Notes: generated by a model from the sequence alone, not told the origin. DNA of 64,000 bases from Deinococcus sp. (GCA_965261005.1 OZ253375.1:1632001-1696000), one strand, 5' to 3'; numbered from the stretch's first letter, positions 1-14,086 are shown. Program-made: numbers and translations.

Positions 1-2
1 GC

Positions 3-200
3 CTAAACGGGGCCGGGGAACAGCTCAACGTCAAGGCCCCGACCTTGGCCGCGCGGCCCTTCGTGTTCGTGCATCCCGACAACGTTTACAGCGTGCGCAG
101 CAGCGTGCAGGGCGAAAACGCGCGCGGCAGCTTCACCTGCCTGGCGCAGGTCCAGGGCGACAAGCTGGTCGCCTTTGTCGAAGTAAGAGCGTCGAAGTAA
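3..200 (+). CDS. 3' end of a hypothetical protein (partial, runs off the window)
   Basis: Open frame from base 3 (LNGAGEQLNVKAPT...VAFVEVRASK) ending TAA 198-200, GC-rich codon usage. Confidence 0.55.
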   Translation, partial: LNGAGEQLNVKAPTLAARPFVFVHPDNVYSVRSSVQGENARGSFTCLAQVQGDKLVAFVEVRASK

Positions 201-218
201 GAGCGTCGAGGTGAGAGC
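177..218. repeat. 14-bp tandem repeat x3
   Basis: GTCGAAGTAAGAGC at 177-190 and 191-204, GTCGAGGTGAGAGC at 205-218. Confidence 0.9.
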
Positions 219-300
219 CGGGCGCTGATCACGGGGGGCCGAACACGGCCCCCAAAATCTTGTGAGGGTTTTGAAAGAAAGTGAAGCGTAGCGTGGGGTC

Positions 301-2580
301 ATGAAGACCCGTCCCCGCGCTTCCCGTCCCGGCACGTTCTATTCGCGGGCCGCCCGTCAAGAGGGGATCGCGCTGATCACGGCGCTGGTGACGCTGGTGA
401 TTACCTTCGCGTTGGTGCTCCTCATCAGCAATCTTGTTCTGCGCGACAACCTGCTCACCGTCAACGACACCTCCGCCACCCGCCTCGCCCAGATCGCCGA
501 CGGCAACAGCGAGCGCGCCCGCCTGCTGATGGTCGAGAACTACAAGCGCAGCCGCCTGAACCTCACCACTTGGCTCGACTTCGTCAGCTCCTGCCGGGGC
601 AGCGCCAACTGCCCCAACACGCCCGCCCAGCCCGAAACGCGCGCCCTGGCCGGCAAGCACGCCGACAGCCTGAGCGGCGCCACGGTGGCGTGGCAGATCG
701 TGGACGTGAGCGCCCCGAACAGCGGCGACGCCTGGATCAAGATCGCCTCGACCGCCAGCGACGCGCGCGGCAGCCAAACGGTGCTGCGCAAAGTCACCTT
801 CGGCGAAAACAACATCTTCGACTTCGCCGTCCTCACCGACAAGACCAACTGCCTGTTTTGCCATCTGACCGTCAACGGTGACGTGGGCAGCACCGGCTTC
901 TTTCGGCCCGGCCGTGGTAACGAGGGAATCGACGGCAAAAACACTGGCGACGGCTCGCAGATCAACGGCGACGTGGTGGTGGCGCAGAGCACCGACCCCA
1001 CCCAAACATCGAACATCACCCAGGACGTTCGCAGCGACCACGAGATCAACGGCGCGACCGTTTCTGGAAGTATTCTCGATAACTACACCGGGAACCGCCT
1101 TCCCAGGGACACCGACGGCGACGGCATTCCCGACTTCCCCGGTCTGGACCGCGACCTCGCGCGGCGCAGCGCCAACGGCACCATCGTCGGCGGCGAGATG
1201 TACGGCGTGCCCATCGGTGGCAAGATCAGCAAGATCGTGCCGGGCACCATGGTCGGGTCGAACAAGCTCGGCAGCGTCAACAAGACCTACGACGGCAACC
1301 TGGTGCTGATCGGCACGAACGACAACCCCATCCGGCTCGACCGCGACATCTTCGTGACGGGGGACGTGGTGCTGAAAGGGGTGATCACCGGACGCGGGGC
1401 CATCTATGCCGGGCGCAACATGTACCTCGCCGGCAACCTGACCAACAAGCTCAAGGGCGACAAGCCTGGCAAGGGGCTGTGCGCCGGCATGACCGACCCC
1501 AACGCCTGCGCCAAGGCCAACATCTCCGCGAACCGTGACGAAACCCGCCTCGCCGCCATCAACAACATCGTCATGGGCAGCTACACCGAGCAGGACGACA
1601 AGAACAACGTAGAGTCGTACAAAGAGCGTCAAGCCGCCGACTTCTTTCGCTCACAGTTCGGCCTTCGCTCCTGCACGCAGAAGTTCGTGCATAAGGGCAA
1701 CAGCGAGGAAGTGCGCAAGGTGAAGGGCCGCTTCGTGGACTCCGTGGGCCGCGTGGTGCCGGACGCCGAGGTGCAGACCTACGGCGACTGCGGCAACGAC
1801 CCATACAAACCCATCATGGCGCCCGGCACGACCGACGCGGGCGGCAACTTCGTGCCGTGGCTCAGCGACGATCAGTACGACACCATCAACGGCACCGAGG
1901 ACCTCGACCACAACACCTGGCGCACCAACGTTTACCCGGAGAATCTGCCCGGCAAAACCAGCCAGGAGAAGATCAACGCCCTCACCCAGCAGCTGATAAA
2001 CGCCGGCTTGCCCGGTCCAGCGACAGCTGGCAGCGGCGCCACCAACTGGGCCTACCAAATCGCGTCCAACTTGATCAAAGCGAAAGCGCAAACCGCCGCC
2101 TACAGCGGCGCTGACCAAGACGGCAACTTCGTGTCGGGTTCCTTTAAAACCGACGGGATCAACAGCGTGCGCGTGGCCGTGAACCAGACGAGGGCCTACA
2201 AAACCGAGTCGGTACAGGTAGACGCCTTTTTGTACGCCAACAGCCGGGTGGCGGGCAAGTTTTCGGGGCGCGGCGGGCACATCAACGGCGGCATGATCGG
2301 CCGCGAGATCGGCCTTTTGGCGCCGGGCAAGACCTTTGAAAACGACTTTTATACCTATCCTCTTGCGCGCAGCGACCGCGACGCCTACCACTACTGCCAT
2401 CCCGGCACCAACGACATCACCGAGGACAGCAGCAAGAGCGGCGGCCAGTGCGGCTACGCCATCAACTACGACTACCGGTTGCGCAACGGCGGCTACGGCT
2501 ACAACTTAATCAAGGGCGTCCTCGGCGGCACCCAGGAGTGGCAGCTCGACCAAGACGGCAGCCGGGCGGTGAAGCCGTGA
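301..2580 (+). CDS. PilX/ComZ-like large minor pilin (type IV pilus tip/assembly protein)
   Basis: Prepilin-like N-terminus QEG|IALITALVTLVITFALVLL lacking E5 (PilX/GspK type); DTDGDG Ca-binding-like motif; first gene of a prepilin cluster; TAGCGT-6nt-ATG leaderless start. Confidence 0.75.
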   Translation: MKTRPRASRPGTFYSRAARQEGIALITALVTLVITFALVLLISNLVLRDNLLTVNDTSATRLAQIADGNSERARLLMVENYKRSRLNLTTWLDFVSSCRGSANCPNTPAQPETRALAGKHADSLSGATVAWQIVDVSAPNSGDAWIKIASTASDARGSQTVLRKVTFGENNIFDFAVLTDKTNCLFCHLTVNGDVGSTGFFRPGRGNEGIDGKNTGDGSQINGDVVVAQSTDPTQTSNITQDVRSDHEINGATVSGSILDNYTGNRLPRDTDGDGIPDFPGLDRDLARRSANGTIVGGEMYGVPIGGKISKIVPGTMVGSNKLGSVNKTYDGNLVLIGTNDNPIRLDRDIFVTGDVVLKGVITGRGAIYAGRNMYLAGNLTNKLKGDKPGKGLCAGMTDPNACAKANISANRDETRLAAINNIVMGSYTEQDDKNNVESYKERQAADFFRSQFGLRSCTQKFVHKGNSEEVRKVKGRFVDSVGRVVPDAEVQTYGDCGNDPYKPIMAPGTTDAGGNFVPWLSDDQYDTINGTEDLDHNTWRTNVYPENLPGKTSQEKINALTQQLINAGLPGPATAGSGATNWAYQIASNLIKAKAQTAAYSGADQDGNFVSGSFKTDGINSVRVAVNQTRAYKTESVQVDAFLYANSRVAGKFSGRGGHINGGMIGREIGLLAPGKTFENDFYTYPLARSDRDAYHYCHPGTNDITEDSSKSGGQCGYAINYDYRLRNGGYGYNLIKGVLGGTQEWQLDQDGSRAVKP

Positions 2581-3089
2581 AGACGGCCGTCACGGGCAGA
2601 CACGGCGAGTTGCGCGAGCTGGGCGAAGTGGTCCGGCCCAGCTTCAAGGGAAGTCTGGGCGCCCCCACCTCCGCAACACCCGCCGACAACGCGGCGTCCG
2701 AACGGGTCTTTTCGGTCAAACCCGTTTGGCTGGCGGCGCTGATTCCCGTCGTGATTGTGGTCGCCGTGCTGATCGCGCGCGGCGCGCGCCCGGCCGCCGT
2801 CACGCCGACCCAGCCGCCCGCCGCGACGGTTCAGGCGCCCGCGCCGGCAGTCAGGCAGGCGCTACCCCCCTTGAGCGCCACGCCGCCAAGCGAGATCACG
2901 CTGGAGCAGGTCACGCGCGCGGAGCCTGGCCCGACGCCGACGCTGCACTTCCGCGACGGCTCGGTGCTGGCGGTGGACAATTACGTGATGGGGCAGCTGC
3001 CCGAAAACATCCGCCTGCAATTCACCTACACCCGCCCCGACGAGGGACCGCAGGACGTTTCGGGAACCGGCGGAAGCTATGGCCGCTAA
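2577..3089 (+). CDS. hypothetical membrane-anchored protein in pilin cluster
   Basis: GTGA start/stop overlap with upstream gene; single TM (WLAALIPVVIVVAVLIA) then Pro/Ala-rich linker. Confidence 0.65.
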   Translation: MKTAVTGRHGELRELGEVVRPSFKGSLGAPTSATPADNAASERVFSVKPVWLAALIPVVIVVAVLIARGARPAAVTPTQPPAATVQAPAPAVRQALPPLSATPPSEITLEQVTRAEPGPTPTLHFRDGSVLAVDNYVMGQLPENIRLQFTYTRPDEGPQDVSGTGGSYGR

Positions 3090-3582
3090 ACGGGCAACCG
3101 GCAGGCGGGGCGGCTTCACGCTGCTGGAACTGCTGGTGGTCATGGCGATCATCGGCATTCTGAGCGCCATCGCCACGCCCAGCTTTCTGCGCTACCGCCA
3201 AAGCATTAATTTGCGCGACGCCAGCTACGCCGTGGCGCAAAGCTTTCAGCAGACCGCCAGCTCGGCCATCAAGAACAACATCGCCTACACCTTTCAGGCG
3301 AACGTCGGCACCACGGCGAGCGCGAACCTGCAATACATGGTCCAGAACAGCAGCCCCGCCGCCGACCTTCACAACGTCAAGCTCGACAACGGCGCCTATG
3401 TGAGCGGGATCGAGTGGCGCATTGGCAGCACCTGGTACCCCTTGCCCTCCTACTACAACACTATGAACTTTTCGGCGCGCGGCCGTCCCGACACGGCGAC
3501 GCCCGTGCGCCTGACCGTGCAGCTCGGCAACATGACGCGCAAGGTGAGGCTGCTGCCCACCGGAAAGACGGTGATCGAATGA
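3079..3582 (+). CDS. type IV prepilin, FimT/GspH-like
   Basis: RGG|FTLLELLVVMAIIGILSAIATP methylation motif. Confidence 0.9.
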   Translation: MAAKRATGRRGGFTLLELLVVMAIIGILSAIATPSFLRYRQSINLRDASYAVAQSFQQTASSAIKNNIAYTFQANVGTTASANLQYMVQNSSPAADLHNVKLDNGAYVSGIEWRIGSTWYPLPSYYNTMNFSARGRPDTATPVRLTVQLGNMTRKVRLLPTGKTVIE

Positions 3583-4016
3583 GAGGGCAAGTGGGAGCGG
3601 AGGCGGGCTTCAGCTTGATCGAGACGCTGGTCGCCATCGCGATTTTGGGCCTCGCGGTGGTCGCGATTTCGTTTGTGCCGTCGCTCACGCTGGGCCGCAG
3701 CAACGAGAGCCGCACCTATGCCGTCAACGTGGCGCGTCAGGTGATGGACACCTACCGCTCGCAGTGGCAAAAGCGAAGCGACTTCGTGGCCGGCAGCGCG
3801 CCCAGCTTGCCCACCGGGCTGCGCTTCGGCTGCACGGTGCCGCCGCCCAGCGTCACCCCGCTCGCCTTTGACTCGAATTTTCAGTTGGTCGCGACGGGCG
3901 GCGAGCCGCAGGTGCGGCGGGTGCAGGTCAGCGTGACCTGCCAGCGGCTCAGCCCCGTCAGCTTCACCTCCGAAATCGGCGATCCCTTGCCGTCCAGCGA
4001 CGTCGGGGGCAGCTGA
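3579..4016 (+). CDS. type IV prepilin, PilV-like
   Basis: ATGA overlap; AG|FSLIETLVAIAILGLAVV motif. Confidence 0.85.
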   Translation: MRGQVGAEAGFSLIETLVAIAILGLAVVAISFVPSLTLGRSNESRTYAVNVARQVMDTYRSQWQKRSDFVAGSAPSLPTGLRFGCTVPPPSVTPLAFDSNFQLVATGGEPQVRRVQVSVTCQRLSPVSFTSEIGDPLPSSDVGGS

Positions 4017-4822
4017 TGCGGCGCCACATCCGCCGGGCCGCCGGCTTCACCTTGGTCGAACTGCTGATTACCATGCTGATTTTGAGCGTCATCCTGATCA
4101 TCTCGCTGGCGCTGCTGAACTCCAGCCAGCAGGCCGCCAACTTGCAGCAGGCCAAAACCGGCGCGCTGAACGACGCCCGCGCCGCCTTGTCGCGCGTGAC
4201 CGAGAGCCTGAGCGCGGCCAGCTACATCTACCCGGCCGGCGTGACCATCACGGTGGCGAGCGACATCGCCGGCCAAGGCGGCAACCAGGTCGTGACCGGA
4301 CCGGGCGCGGTCGCCATGCTGGTGTGGGACGGCGTCAACACCGCGCCGCCGCGCTACAAGGGCGTGGTGTACTACCTGACAGACCGCGCCAACTTCGCCG
4401 CCGATCTGGGCAGCGCGCCCGCCGGCAGCTTGGGCAGCTCGGCGCTGGTCGAGCTGACTACCCAAAGCACGTCCTCGACGGGCACGGGCGCCATCCCCTG
4501 GCCGGTGAACGGCTTGCCCATCCGCGCTTGGCCGGCCGTGACCGAGGGCGCCATCGCCGACGGCGTGGACGCGGGAAGATCGACCTTGATGGGCGCCTTG
4601 CCGGGAGACGCCAATTTGGCCGCCACGACCGGCCTCGACGACACCCAGTTCGCTGGCGGCACGCGCGGCCAAGCGAGCAGCCTGAGCGACCCCAAGGCTT
4701 TGGTCGCCAGCCTGACCCTCAACCTGACCGTCAACGTGGCGCCGCAGGGACGCAGCGTGTCGGCGAGCGGCGGGACGCCGCTGCAAAACGTGGTCACCGC
4801 GCGCAACGTGCCCCGGCAGTGA
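4016..4822 (+). CDS. type IV prepilin, PilW-like
   Basis: AG|FTLVELLITMLILSVIL motif; TGATG coupling to previous gene. Confidence 0.85.
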   Translation: MRRHIRRAAGFTLVELLITMLILSVILIISLALLNSSQQAANLQQAKTGALNDARAALSRVTESLSAASYIYPAGVTITVASDIAGQGGNQVVTGPGAVAMLVWDGVNTAPPRYKGVVYYLTDRANFAADLGSAPAGSLGSSALVELTTQSTSSTGTGAIPWPVNGLPIRAWPAVTEGAIADGVDAGRSTLMGALPGDANLAATTGLDDTQFAGGTRGQASSLSDPKALVASLTLNLTVNVAPQGRSVSASGGTPLQNVVTARNVPRQ

Positions 4823-4939
4823 TGAGTCCTGGCGGGAATGCCCTGAAGACCGGCGCCCGCGATCTATACTGGTTTGCGTGATGTGCACTGAGCAACCGCC
4901 ACGCCGCCCCCCAACGTTCTCGCCCACGAGGAGCGCGCC

Positions 4940-5883
4940 GTGACGGGCGCCGCAAAGACGCGCCCTATCGTGGTCGGCACCCGTGGCAGCGCCCTCGCGC
5001 TGGCGCAGACGCGCTGGGTGGTCGCGCGGCTCAAGGAGGAGTGGCCGGACACCGAGTTCCGCATCCAAACCGTGCAGACCCACGGCGACCGCGACCGTTC
5101 CTCGCTGGACCAATTGGCGAGACAGGACCAAGGCTTGTGGGTGCGCGACATCGAGGAGGCGCTGCTGGCGGGGAAGATTGACATCGCCGTGCATAGCCTC
5201 AAGGACTTGCCCACCCAGCAGCCGGACGGGCTGGAGGTGTCCTCGATTCCCCGGCGCGCCGACCCGCGCGACGTGCTGATCGGCAAGGAGGGCTTCAAGA
5301 GCCTGGGGAGCTTGCCGCAGGGGGCGCGGATCGGCACCTCCAGCGTGCGGCGGCGCGCCTTTTTGCGCGCTGAGCGCCCTGACCTCGACGTGCGCGATCT
5401 GCGCGGCAACGTGGACACCCGCCTGGCGGCAGTGGGTCAGGACGGCTACGACGCCGTGATCCTGGCGGCGGCGGGCCTGATTCGGCTTGAGCTGCGCCAC
5501 CGCATTGACGAGTTTCTGGACGTGAACGCCGTGCTGCCGGCCCCCGGTCAGGGGGCGCTGGCGCTGGAAACGCGCGCCGACGACGACCTGGCCGTCGAGG
5601 TGGCCTACGCCATTCACGACCGCGAGACCGACGACCGCGTCACCGCCGAGCGCGAGTTCCTGGCGGGTCTGGGGGCCGGCTGCCTGGCCCCGGTGGGCGC
5701 CCTCGCGACCGTCAAGGGCGAGCGGCTGACCTTGGAGGGCTGGGTGGGCGCCCTGGACGGCGCCACGGTCATTCGCGCCACCACCGAGGGCGACGGCGAC
5801 GAGTGCGCCGACCTCGGCGCCCAACTCGCCGAGGACATGCTGGCGCAGGGGGCCGGCGACCTGATCCGCGCGGCGGCGCTGTC

Positions 5884-5887
<4 letters not shown>
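4940..5887 (+). CDS. hemC: hydroxymethylbilane synthase (porphobilinogen deaminase)
   Basis: [51 protein letters not shown] motifs. Confidence 0.97.
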
Positions 5888-7374
<1,487 letters not shown>

Positions 7375-7375
7375 G

Positions 7376-8827
7376 CTACGGCCCCTCGCGCCTCTGCCCG
7401 AAGGTCGCGCTCTCCGTAAACAGCCCCGCGGCCGCGTAGCGCACCGCCTCGGCGTAGGTCGGGTAGGCCATTTGGGCGAGGGCCAGTCGGGCGGGGTTGA
7501 ATTCGGCCAGGCGCGGCAGGGCCAACAGCTGAATCAGCTCACCGGCCCGGGGAGAGACCACGCAGGCGCCCAGCAGCTTGAGGCCGAGGGGCGAGCCGAA
7601 CAATCCCAGCTTGAAGACCAGCTTGAGAAAGCCCGCCTCGCCTTCGGTCACGGCGCGGTCGAGGTGGGCGAGGTCGAAGTCCACGACGGTGACGTTGGCG
7701 TGCCGCTCTCTCGCCTGCGCCTCGGTCAAGCCGAAGTGAGCAACTTCAGGGTCGGTGAAGGTGACCCAGGGCGTGACCTCAGCACGCGTCACCGGGGCGC
7801 GCACCCGGGCGGCGAGGCGGCCCAGCGGCCCGCGCGTGCCGAGGGCCGCGACCACGCCGCGCTCAATGGCGCCGTGGGTAAAAAAGGGCGTCCCGGTCAC
7901 GTCCCCAGCGCCCCACAGGTACGGGCAGGTGGAGCGCTGGGCGGCGTCCACCTTGAGGGCGCCGCCCGCCTCAATTTCGGCGCCGACGGCCGCCAGGTTG
8001 AGTTCGGCGGTGCGGGGCCGTTTGCCGGTGGCGAGCAGCAGGTGCGAGGCCATTACCTCGGCGCCCGAGGCGAGCATCAACTTGAGGCCGTCCGTTTCTG
8101 TCCGCACGCCCACCAATTTGCTGCTGAGGCGCAGCCGCACGCCGTCCTGTACCAGCGCGCCGTGAATGAAGTCGGACGCCTCGGGTTCCTCCCTCGCCAG
8201 CAACCTCGGCCCACCCTCGATCAGGGTGACTTGCGCGCCCAGGCGGGCGAAGGCTTGCGCCAGCTCGCAGCCGATGGGGCCGCCGCCCAGAATCGCCAGG
8301 TGGCGCGGCAGCTCGTGCAGGTCCCAGACGGTGTCGCTGGTCAGAAAGGGAGCGTCGTTCAGACCCGTGACGTTCGGGATCACCGGCTCGGAGCCGGTCG
8401 CGACCACGAAGCCGCCGGCCGTGAACCCGCGCGTTCCGTCCTCGCCGCGCACCTCCAAACGCCTCTCGCCGACGAAGCGCGCCGCGCCGCGCAGCACCGT
8501 CACGCCGCCCGCTTCCAGCGCCGCCGCGTCCGAGGCCGGCTCGATCTGCCGGATGACCTCTTGCAACCTGGCCCGCACGGCGGCCCAGTCGGCGTCTCCC
8601 TCCACCTTGAGGCCGTAGCGCGTCGCCTGGCGGGCGGCGTGCAGCGTCTTCGCCACCGCCAGGAGGGTCTTGGACGGCACGCAGCCGGTGTAGAGGCACT
8701 CGCCCCCGATTCGCGCTTCCTCGACGATGGCGACGCGCGCCCCGAGGCCGTGGGCGAAGTTGGCCGCCGTGATGCCGGCGGTGCCGGCCCCGATCACCAT
8801 CAGGTCGAAGTCGGCGGCTGGGGTCAT
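7376..8827 (-). CDS. FAD-dependent pyridine nucleotide-disulfide oxidoreductase (MerA/LpdA-like family)
   Basis: [19 protein letters not shown] redox-active disulfide, GGGPIG, AGD, TFTDPE. Confidence 0.9.
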   Translation of the reverse strand: MTPAADFDLMVIGAGTAGITAANFAHGLGARVAIVEEARIGGECLYTGCVPSKTLLAVAKTLHAARQATRYGLKVEGDADWAAVRARLQEVIRQIEPASDAAALEAGGVTVLRGAARFVGERRLEVRGEDGTRGFTAGGFVVATGSEPVIPNVTGLNDAPFLTSDTVWDLHELPRHLAILGGGPIGCELAQAFARLGAQVTLIEGGPRLLAREEPEASDFIHGALVQDGVRLRLSSKLVGVRTETDGLKLMLASGAEVMASHLLLATGKRPRTAELNLAAVGAEIEAGGALKVDAAQRSTCPYLWGAGDVTGTPFFTHGAIERGVVAALGTRGPLGRLAARVRAPVTRAEVTPWVTFTDPEVAHFGLTEAQARERHANVTVVDFDLAHLDRAVTEGEAGFLKLVFKLGLFGSPLGLKLLGACVVSPRAGELIQLLALPRLAEFNPARLALAQMAYPTYAEAVRYAAAGLFTESATFGQRREGP

Positions 8828-8910
8828 GAACCACCCTACCCCCCAATACTGACGCGGAATAGGGGACGTTCTTCCTTACCGGCTTGAGAAAGGCTGGCTA
8901 TACTTTCGGG

Positions 8911-9465
8911 GTGACGTTGTATCCGGTGTTCCTCGACCTGAGCGGCGTGCGGGTGTTGGTCGTCGGCGGCGGCGAGATCGGGCTGCGCCGGGCGCGTGCT
9001 CTGTGTGAGGCGGGCGCCGAGGTTCATGTGGTCTCGCCCGAGATGCACCCCGAGTTGGAGGGGATGGACGCGACCCTCATTCGGCGCGCCTTTGTGCCGG
9101 AGGACTTGGACGGCGTGCGGCTCGCCTTTGCCTGCACCAACTCGGACGCGGCGAACGGCGCGCTGGCGGGCGAGGCCAGGAGACGCGGCGTGTGGTGCAG
9201 CGACGCCTCGCGGCCGGGGCGGGGCGACCTGCGCTTGGGCGCGACCCTGACGCGCGGCCCTCTTCAGGTGGCGCTCAGCAGCGGCGCCGAGCTGCCCTAC
9301 CTGGCGCAGGCGTTGCGCGACAAGCTGACGGGCGCGCTGCCGGACGCGCTGCCGGTGGACGCTTGGGCCGCCCGACGTCAGGCGGCGCTGGGGTTGCCGC
9401 CCGAGCAGCGCGAGCTGGTCATGGCGACCCTGAAGGGCGAGATTCGCCGGGCGGTGGGCGTGTGA
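8911..9465 (+). CDS. precorrin-2 dehydrogenase / sirohydrochlorin ferrochelatase (CysG N-terminal-like)
   Basis: YPVFLDL, VLVVGGG NAD-binding, AFACT; TATACT-6nt-GTG leaderless start at 8911. Confidence 0.85.
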   Translation: MTLYPVFLDLSGVRVLVVGGGEIGLRRARALCEAGAEVHVVSPEMHPELEGMDATLIRRAFVPEDLDGVRLAFACTNSDAANGALAGEARRRGVWCSDASRPGRGDLRLGATLTRGPLQVALSSGAELPYLAQALRDKLTGALPDALPVDAWAARRQAALGLPPEQRELVMATLKGEIRRAVGV

Positions 9466-10496
9466 GCCTCGACCCTCACACGCTGGATTTGGCCGTGGTC
9501 GGCCTCAACCACAAGAGCGCTCCCCTCAGCGTGCGCGAGCGCGCCGCCGTGCGCCCGGAGGAGCAGGCGGCCATCCTGGCCCACCTGCGCGCCCACGCCG
9601 ACGAGGTGATGTTGCTCTCCACCTGCAACCGCACCGAGGTCTACCTGGCCGGCGTGCGGGGCGACCCGCTGTCCGCCTTCGAGGGGGCCTGGGGCCAGGC
9701 GTTGCGCCCCTACCTGTACGTGCTGGAGGGCGAGGCCGCCGCGCTGCACCTTCACCGGGTCGCGGGGGGCCTCGACAGCTTGGTGATCGGCGAGACGCAG
9801 ATTCAGGGTCAGGTCAAGCGCGCGTGGCAGGACGCCAGAGAGCGCGGCCTGACCGGCCCCGTGCTGAACAAGGCGGCCCAAAGCGCCCTGCACGCCGGCA
9901 AGCGCGTTCGCAGCGAGACCGGCGTGGCCGACAAGGTGCTGAGCGTGTCTGCCGCCGCCGTGGAACTCGCCGGCAATATCTTCGGCACCCTGCGCGGGCG
10001 CAGCGCCATGATCGTGGGCGCCGGCGAGACCGCCGAGCTGACCCTGACCCACCTGCGCGCCGCCGGCGTCGAGCGCGTGACGGTCGTGAACCGCAGCGTG
10101 GAGCGCGCCCAGGAACTGGCGAGCAAGCTGGGCGGCCACGCCTGCCCGGTAGACCTGGTGGCGGGGGTGCTGCCAGAGACCGACGTGGTGATCGCCTCGG
10201 CGGCGGCGCCACATTACGTGCTGTGGCCCGATCTGATCGCGGGGGCGCTGGCGGGGCGCTCGCGGCCCATGTTCCTGATCGACATCAGCGTGCCGCGCAT
10301 CATTGACCCGGCGTGCGCCGAGGTGGATGGGGCCTACCTCTACAACCTCGACGACCTGACCCGCATCGTGGAGAAGAACCTCAGCGAGCGGCGCAGCTTC
10401 GTGCCGCTCGCTGAGGCCATCGTGCGCGAGGAGGTGGCCGCGCTGGAAAAGTGGGCCAGCTTCCGCGCGGCGCGGGTAAAAATCAGCTCCTCATAA
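9462..10496 (+). CDS. hemA: glutamyl-tRNA reductase
   Basis: [45 protein letters not shown] overlap. Confidence 0.96.
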   Translation: MSLDPHTLDLAVVGLNHKSAPLSVRERAAVRPEEQAAILAHLRAHADEVMLLSTCNRTEVYLAGVRGDPLSAFEGAWGQALRPYLYVLEGEAAALHLHRVAGGLDSLVIGETQIQGQVKRAWQDARERGLTGPVLNKAAQSALHAGKRVRSETGVADKVLSVSAAAVELAGNIFGTLRGRSAMIVGAGETAELTLTHLRAAGVERVTVVNRSVERAQELASKLGGHACPVDLVAGVLPETDVVIASAAAPHYVLWPDLIAGALAGRSRPMFLIDISVPRIIDPACAEVDGAYLYNLDDLTRIVEKNLSERRSFVPLAEAIVREEVAALEKWASFRAARVKISSS

Positions 10497-10515
10497 ACCA
10501 AGTCTCCCAAAGCTC

Positions 10516-12339
10516 TTAGGGGTTCTGGGGCGAAAGCTTATAAATGGCGCCGGCGGTGTCGTCCGAGATCAACAGGTTGCCGTTCGCGTCAGGGGCGGCG
10601 TCCACCGGACGGCCCCAGCGGACCTTGTTGATGGGGTCGGTCACCCAGCCGGTCACCAAGTCCAGTTCCCCTCCCGGCGTGCCGTCCGCCTTCCAGGGAA
10701 AGAAGATCACCTTGCTGCCCACCAGCTTCGAGCAGTTCCAGCAGCCGTGCAGCGCGATGGCGGCGCCGCTTTTATAGGCGGCGGGCAGCTTGGAGTTTTG
10801 GAGAAAACTTAGGCCCAGCGGCGCGCTGTGGGCCTGAACGCCCTTGCTGATGCGGTCGGCAGAGGCGCAGTTGAGCTTGCTGCCGTCCGGGTTGTTCTGC
10901 GCGTCGCGGTCGAAGGGCATATTGTCGGGGCCGCCGTCCGGGTTGGGGTTGCAGTAGGGCCAGCCATAGTTGCCGCCGTCGCGAACCTTGGTGAACTCCT
11001 CGGGCGGGTGGTTGTCCACGTAGCTCTGCATGACCTTGCCGTAGTCGTCGCCGCTGCCGTCCCCCTGCCAATCGTTGTGAAAGGGGTAAGCGATGTTGTC
11101 ACGGTTATTGACGGCCACCCACAGCTCGCTGGTGCCCGGCACAAAGGCCAGGCCCTCGGCGTTGCGAATGCCCTGCGCGAACAGCCGCCCGCCGCTGCCG
11201 TCGGCGTTGTACTGGTAAATGGCGGCCCGCTTGAAGGCGCCGGTCACGTCGGTCGGGTCGGCGTTGGTGGCCGAGGCGACCGAGACGTACAGCTTGTGGT
11301 CGGCGCCGATGGCGATGTTCTTGAGGGCGTGGGCATAAGCGCCCTTGAGTTCAGGGGTGCTGGCGTCGGGCAAGTTGTCCACCACCGTCTGCGCGGCTTG
11401 CCGGGTCGTGTCGCCCGCCGCGTACACCGAGCGGGTGACGCGGTTGCTTTCCGACAGGTAAAGGGAGCTGGTCCCGTTCTGGGTGTCGAGAACGAGGTCG
11501 TGCGGGCTGCGCAAGCCCGTGGCGAAGTCGGACACCGCGCCCGCGCCGTTCGCGCCGGGGCGGACCAGCAGCACCTTGCCGGTGCTGGGCTGCGACACCA
11601 GAAGATCGCCGTTCGGCAGCGGCAGCAAAAAGCGCGCCCCCGGAATGCGGGCGTACACCGAGATGGCGAAGCCCGGCGGCACCGTCAGAAAGCGGTCCTG
11701 ATCGAAGGGGGCGGCGCGCAAGTTCGCCGGCACGCTCACCTTGACGCTTTGGCTGGCCCCAAGCGGGGTGCCGGCGTCAACCGCCGTCAGCTTCCATTGT
11801 TGGGCGCAGCTGCCGTTGTCAGTCCACAGCTGCACGTTGGTGCCGTTGGCGGTTCTCGCGTGGTCCACGTCCAGCACCTTGCCATTGTCAAAGCGCGACA
11901 CCAGCTTGACGAAGCCGTTTCCCAAATCCACCGGCTTCCACTGCTGGGCGCCCGTGTTGTTCAAGGTGTACTGCCACACGTTGGTGCCGTCCTGGGCGCC
12001 GCCGTAGCGGACGTCAAGGGCCTTACCGCTGTGCTGCGCGATCAGCTGGTAATAGCCCGAGTCGGTCGCCACCAGCTTCCACTGCTGGTTGAGGTTTCCG
12101 GTGGAACCCCAGATTTGCACGTTGGCCCCGTCGTTTTTGGACACGCCGGACACGTCGAGCACCCCCTTGCCGCAGACGTTCTGCAAGCTGTAGACGCCGC
12201 CGGCGGTCACGGCCTGCGGCTGAAGGGGTGAGGGGATGGCCGGGCGCACGGGGGACGTCTGCTGTCCGCAGGCGCCAAGCAACAGCGCGGACAGCAGCAA
12301 AAAGAACGGGCGACCGGAAACCAGAACGCGTTGGCGCAT
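10516..12339 (-). CDS. lipoprotein: ricin-type beta-trefoil lectin + PQQ-dependent glucose/sorbosone dehydrogenase-like propeller
   Basis: Lipobox LLGAC; QxW repeats (NQQW, AQQW); GIRNAEG, NYGWP, HSAPLG, GRPVD motifs; AGGAG RBS. Confidence 0.85.
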   Translation of the reverse strand: MRQRVLVSGRPFFLLLSALLLGACGQQTSPVRPAIPSPLQPQAVTAGGVYSLQNVCGKGVLDVSGVSKNDGANVQIWGSTGNLNQQWKLVATDSGYYQLIAQHSGKALDVRYGGAQDGTNVWQYTLNNTGAQQWKPVDLGNGFVKLVSRFDNGKVLDVDHARTANGTNVQLWTDNGSCAQQWKLTAVDAGTPLGASQSVKVSVPANLRAAPFDQDRFLTVPPGFAISVYARIPGARFLLPLPNGDLLVSQPSTGKVLLVRPGANGAGAVSDFATGLRSPHDLVLDTQNGTSSLYLSESNRVTRSVYAAGDTTRQAAQTVVDNLPDASTPELKGAYAHALKNIAIGADHKLYVSVASATNADPTDVTGAFKRAAIYQYNADGSGGRLFAQGIRNAEGLAFVPGTSELWVAVNNRDNIAYPFHNDWQGDGSGDDYGKVMQSYVDNHPPEEFTKVRDGGNYGWPYCNPNPDGGPDNMPFDRDAQNNPDGSKLNCASADRISKGVQAHSAPLGLSFLQNSKLPAAYKSGAAIALHGCWNCSKLVGSKVIFFPWKADGTPGGELDLVTGWVTDPINKVRWGRPVDAAPDANGNLLISDDTAGAIYKLSPQNP

Positions 12340-12491
12340 ACACAACTCCTGGGGAGAGCGAGAGCACATGAGGAGGGCTTAACGAAACGCTACCCCTTAT
12401 CGCTTGGAGGCGGGGGCGAGTTCTTCACAGCGCCCGAAGCATAAAAAAACCATGAAGCCCTACCCAGCTTCATGGCCCATCCATGTGAAGC

Positions 12492-13727
<1,236 letters not shown>

Positions 13728-13783
13728 GTCGCTCCAAGATAGCGCGGGCGGGGCGCTCCCCCGCCCGCGCCCGCCATACGGCC

Positions 13784-14014
13784 TTATTGCTGGCCCTGAA
13801 TGTAGTCCACCGCCGACTGCACGGTGCGGATGTTCTCGGCGTCCTCGTCGCTGATGGTGATGCCGAACTTGTCCTCCAGGCCCATCACCAGCTCGACCGT
13901 CTCCAAACTGTCGGCGCCCAAGTCCTCCACAAAGCGCGCCTCCGGCGTCACCTTGTCCGGCTCGACGCCCAACTTGTCCACGATCACGTCCTTGACTTGT
14001 TCAAATGTGTCCAT
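13784..14014 (-). CDS. acpP: acyl carrier protein
   Basis: DLGADSL phosphopantetheine site; AGGAGG RBS. Confidence 0.97.
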   Translation of the reverse strand: MDTFEQVKDVIVDKLGVEPDKVTPEARFVEDLGADSLETVELVMGLEDKFGITISDEDAENIRTVQSAVDYIQGQQ

Positions 14015-14086
14015 GTGGTTCCTCCTGTGTCAAGCGGGGACAGTGTATCGGATCTGGGTTGTGGGATGTCGGGTTCAGTGCGGGCG

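Noticed and set aside
177..218. Possible CRISPR array
   Set aside because: Contiguous 14-bp repeats with no spacers; no cas genes in the window
7376..8827. merA mercuric reductase call
   Set aside because: No C-terminal CC pair, no metal-binding N-terminal domain, no mer genes nearby
9462..10496. hemA looks short (344 aa), possible pseudogene
   Set aside because: All catalytic and NADPH-binding motifs intact and no frameshifted continuation seen
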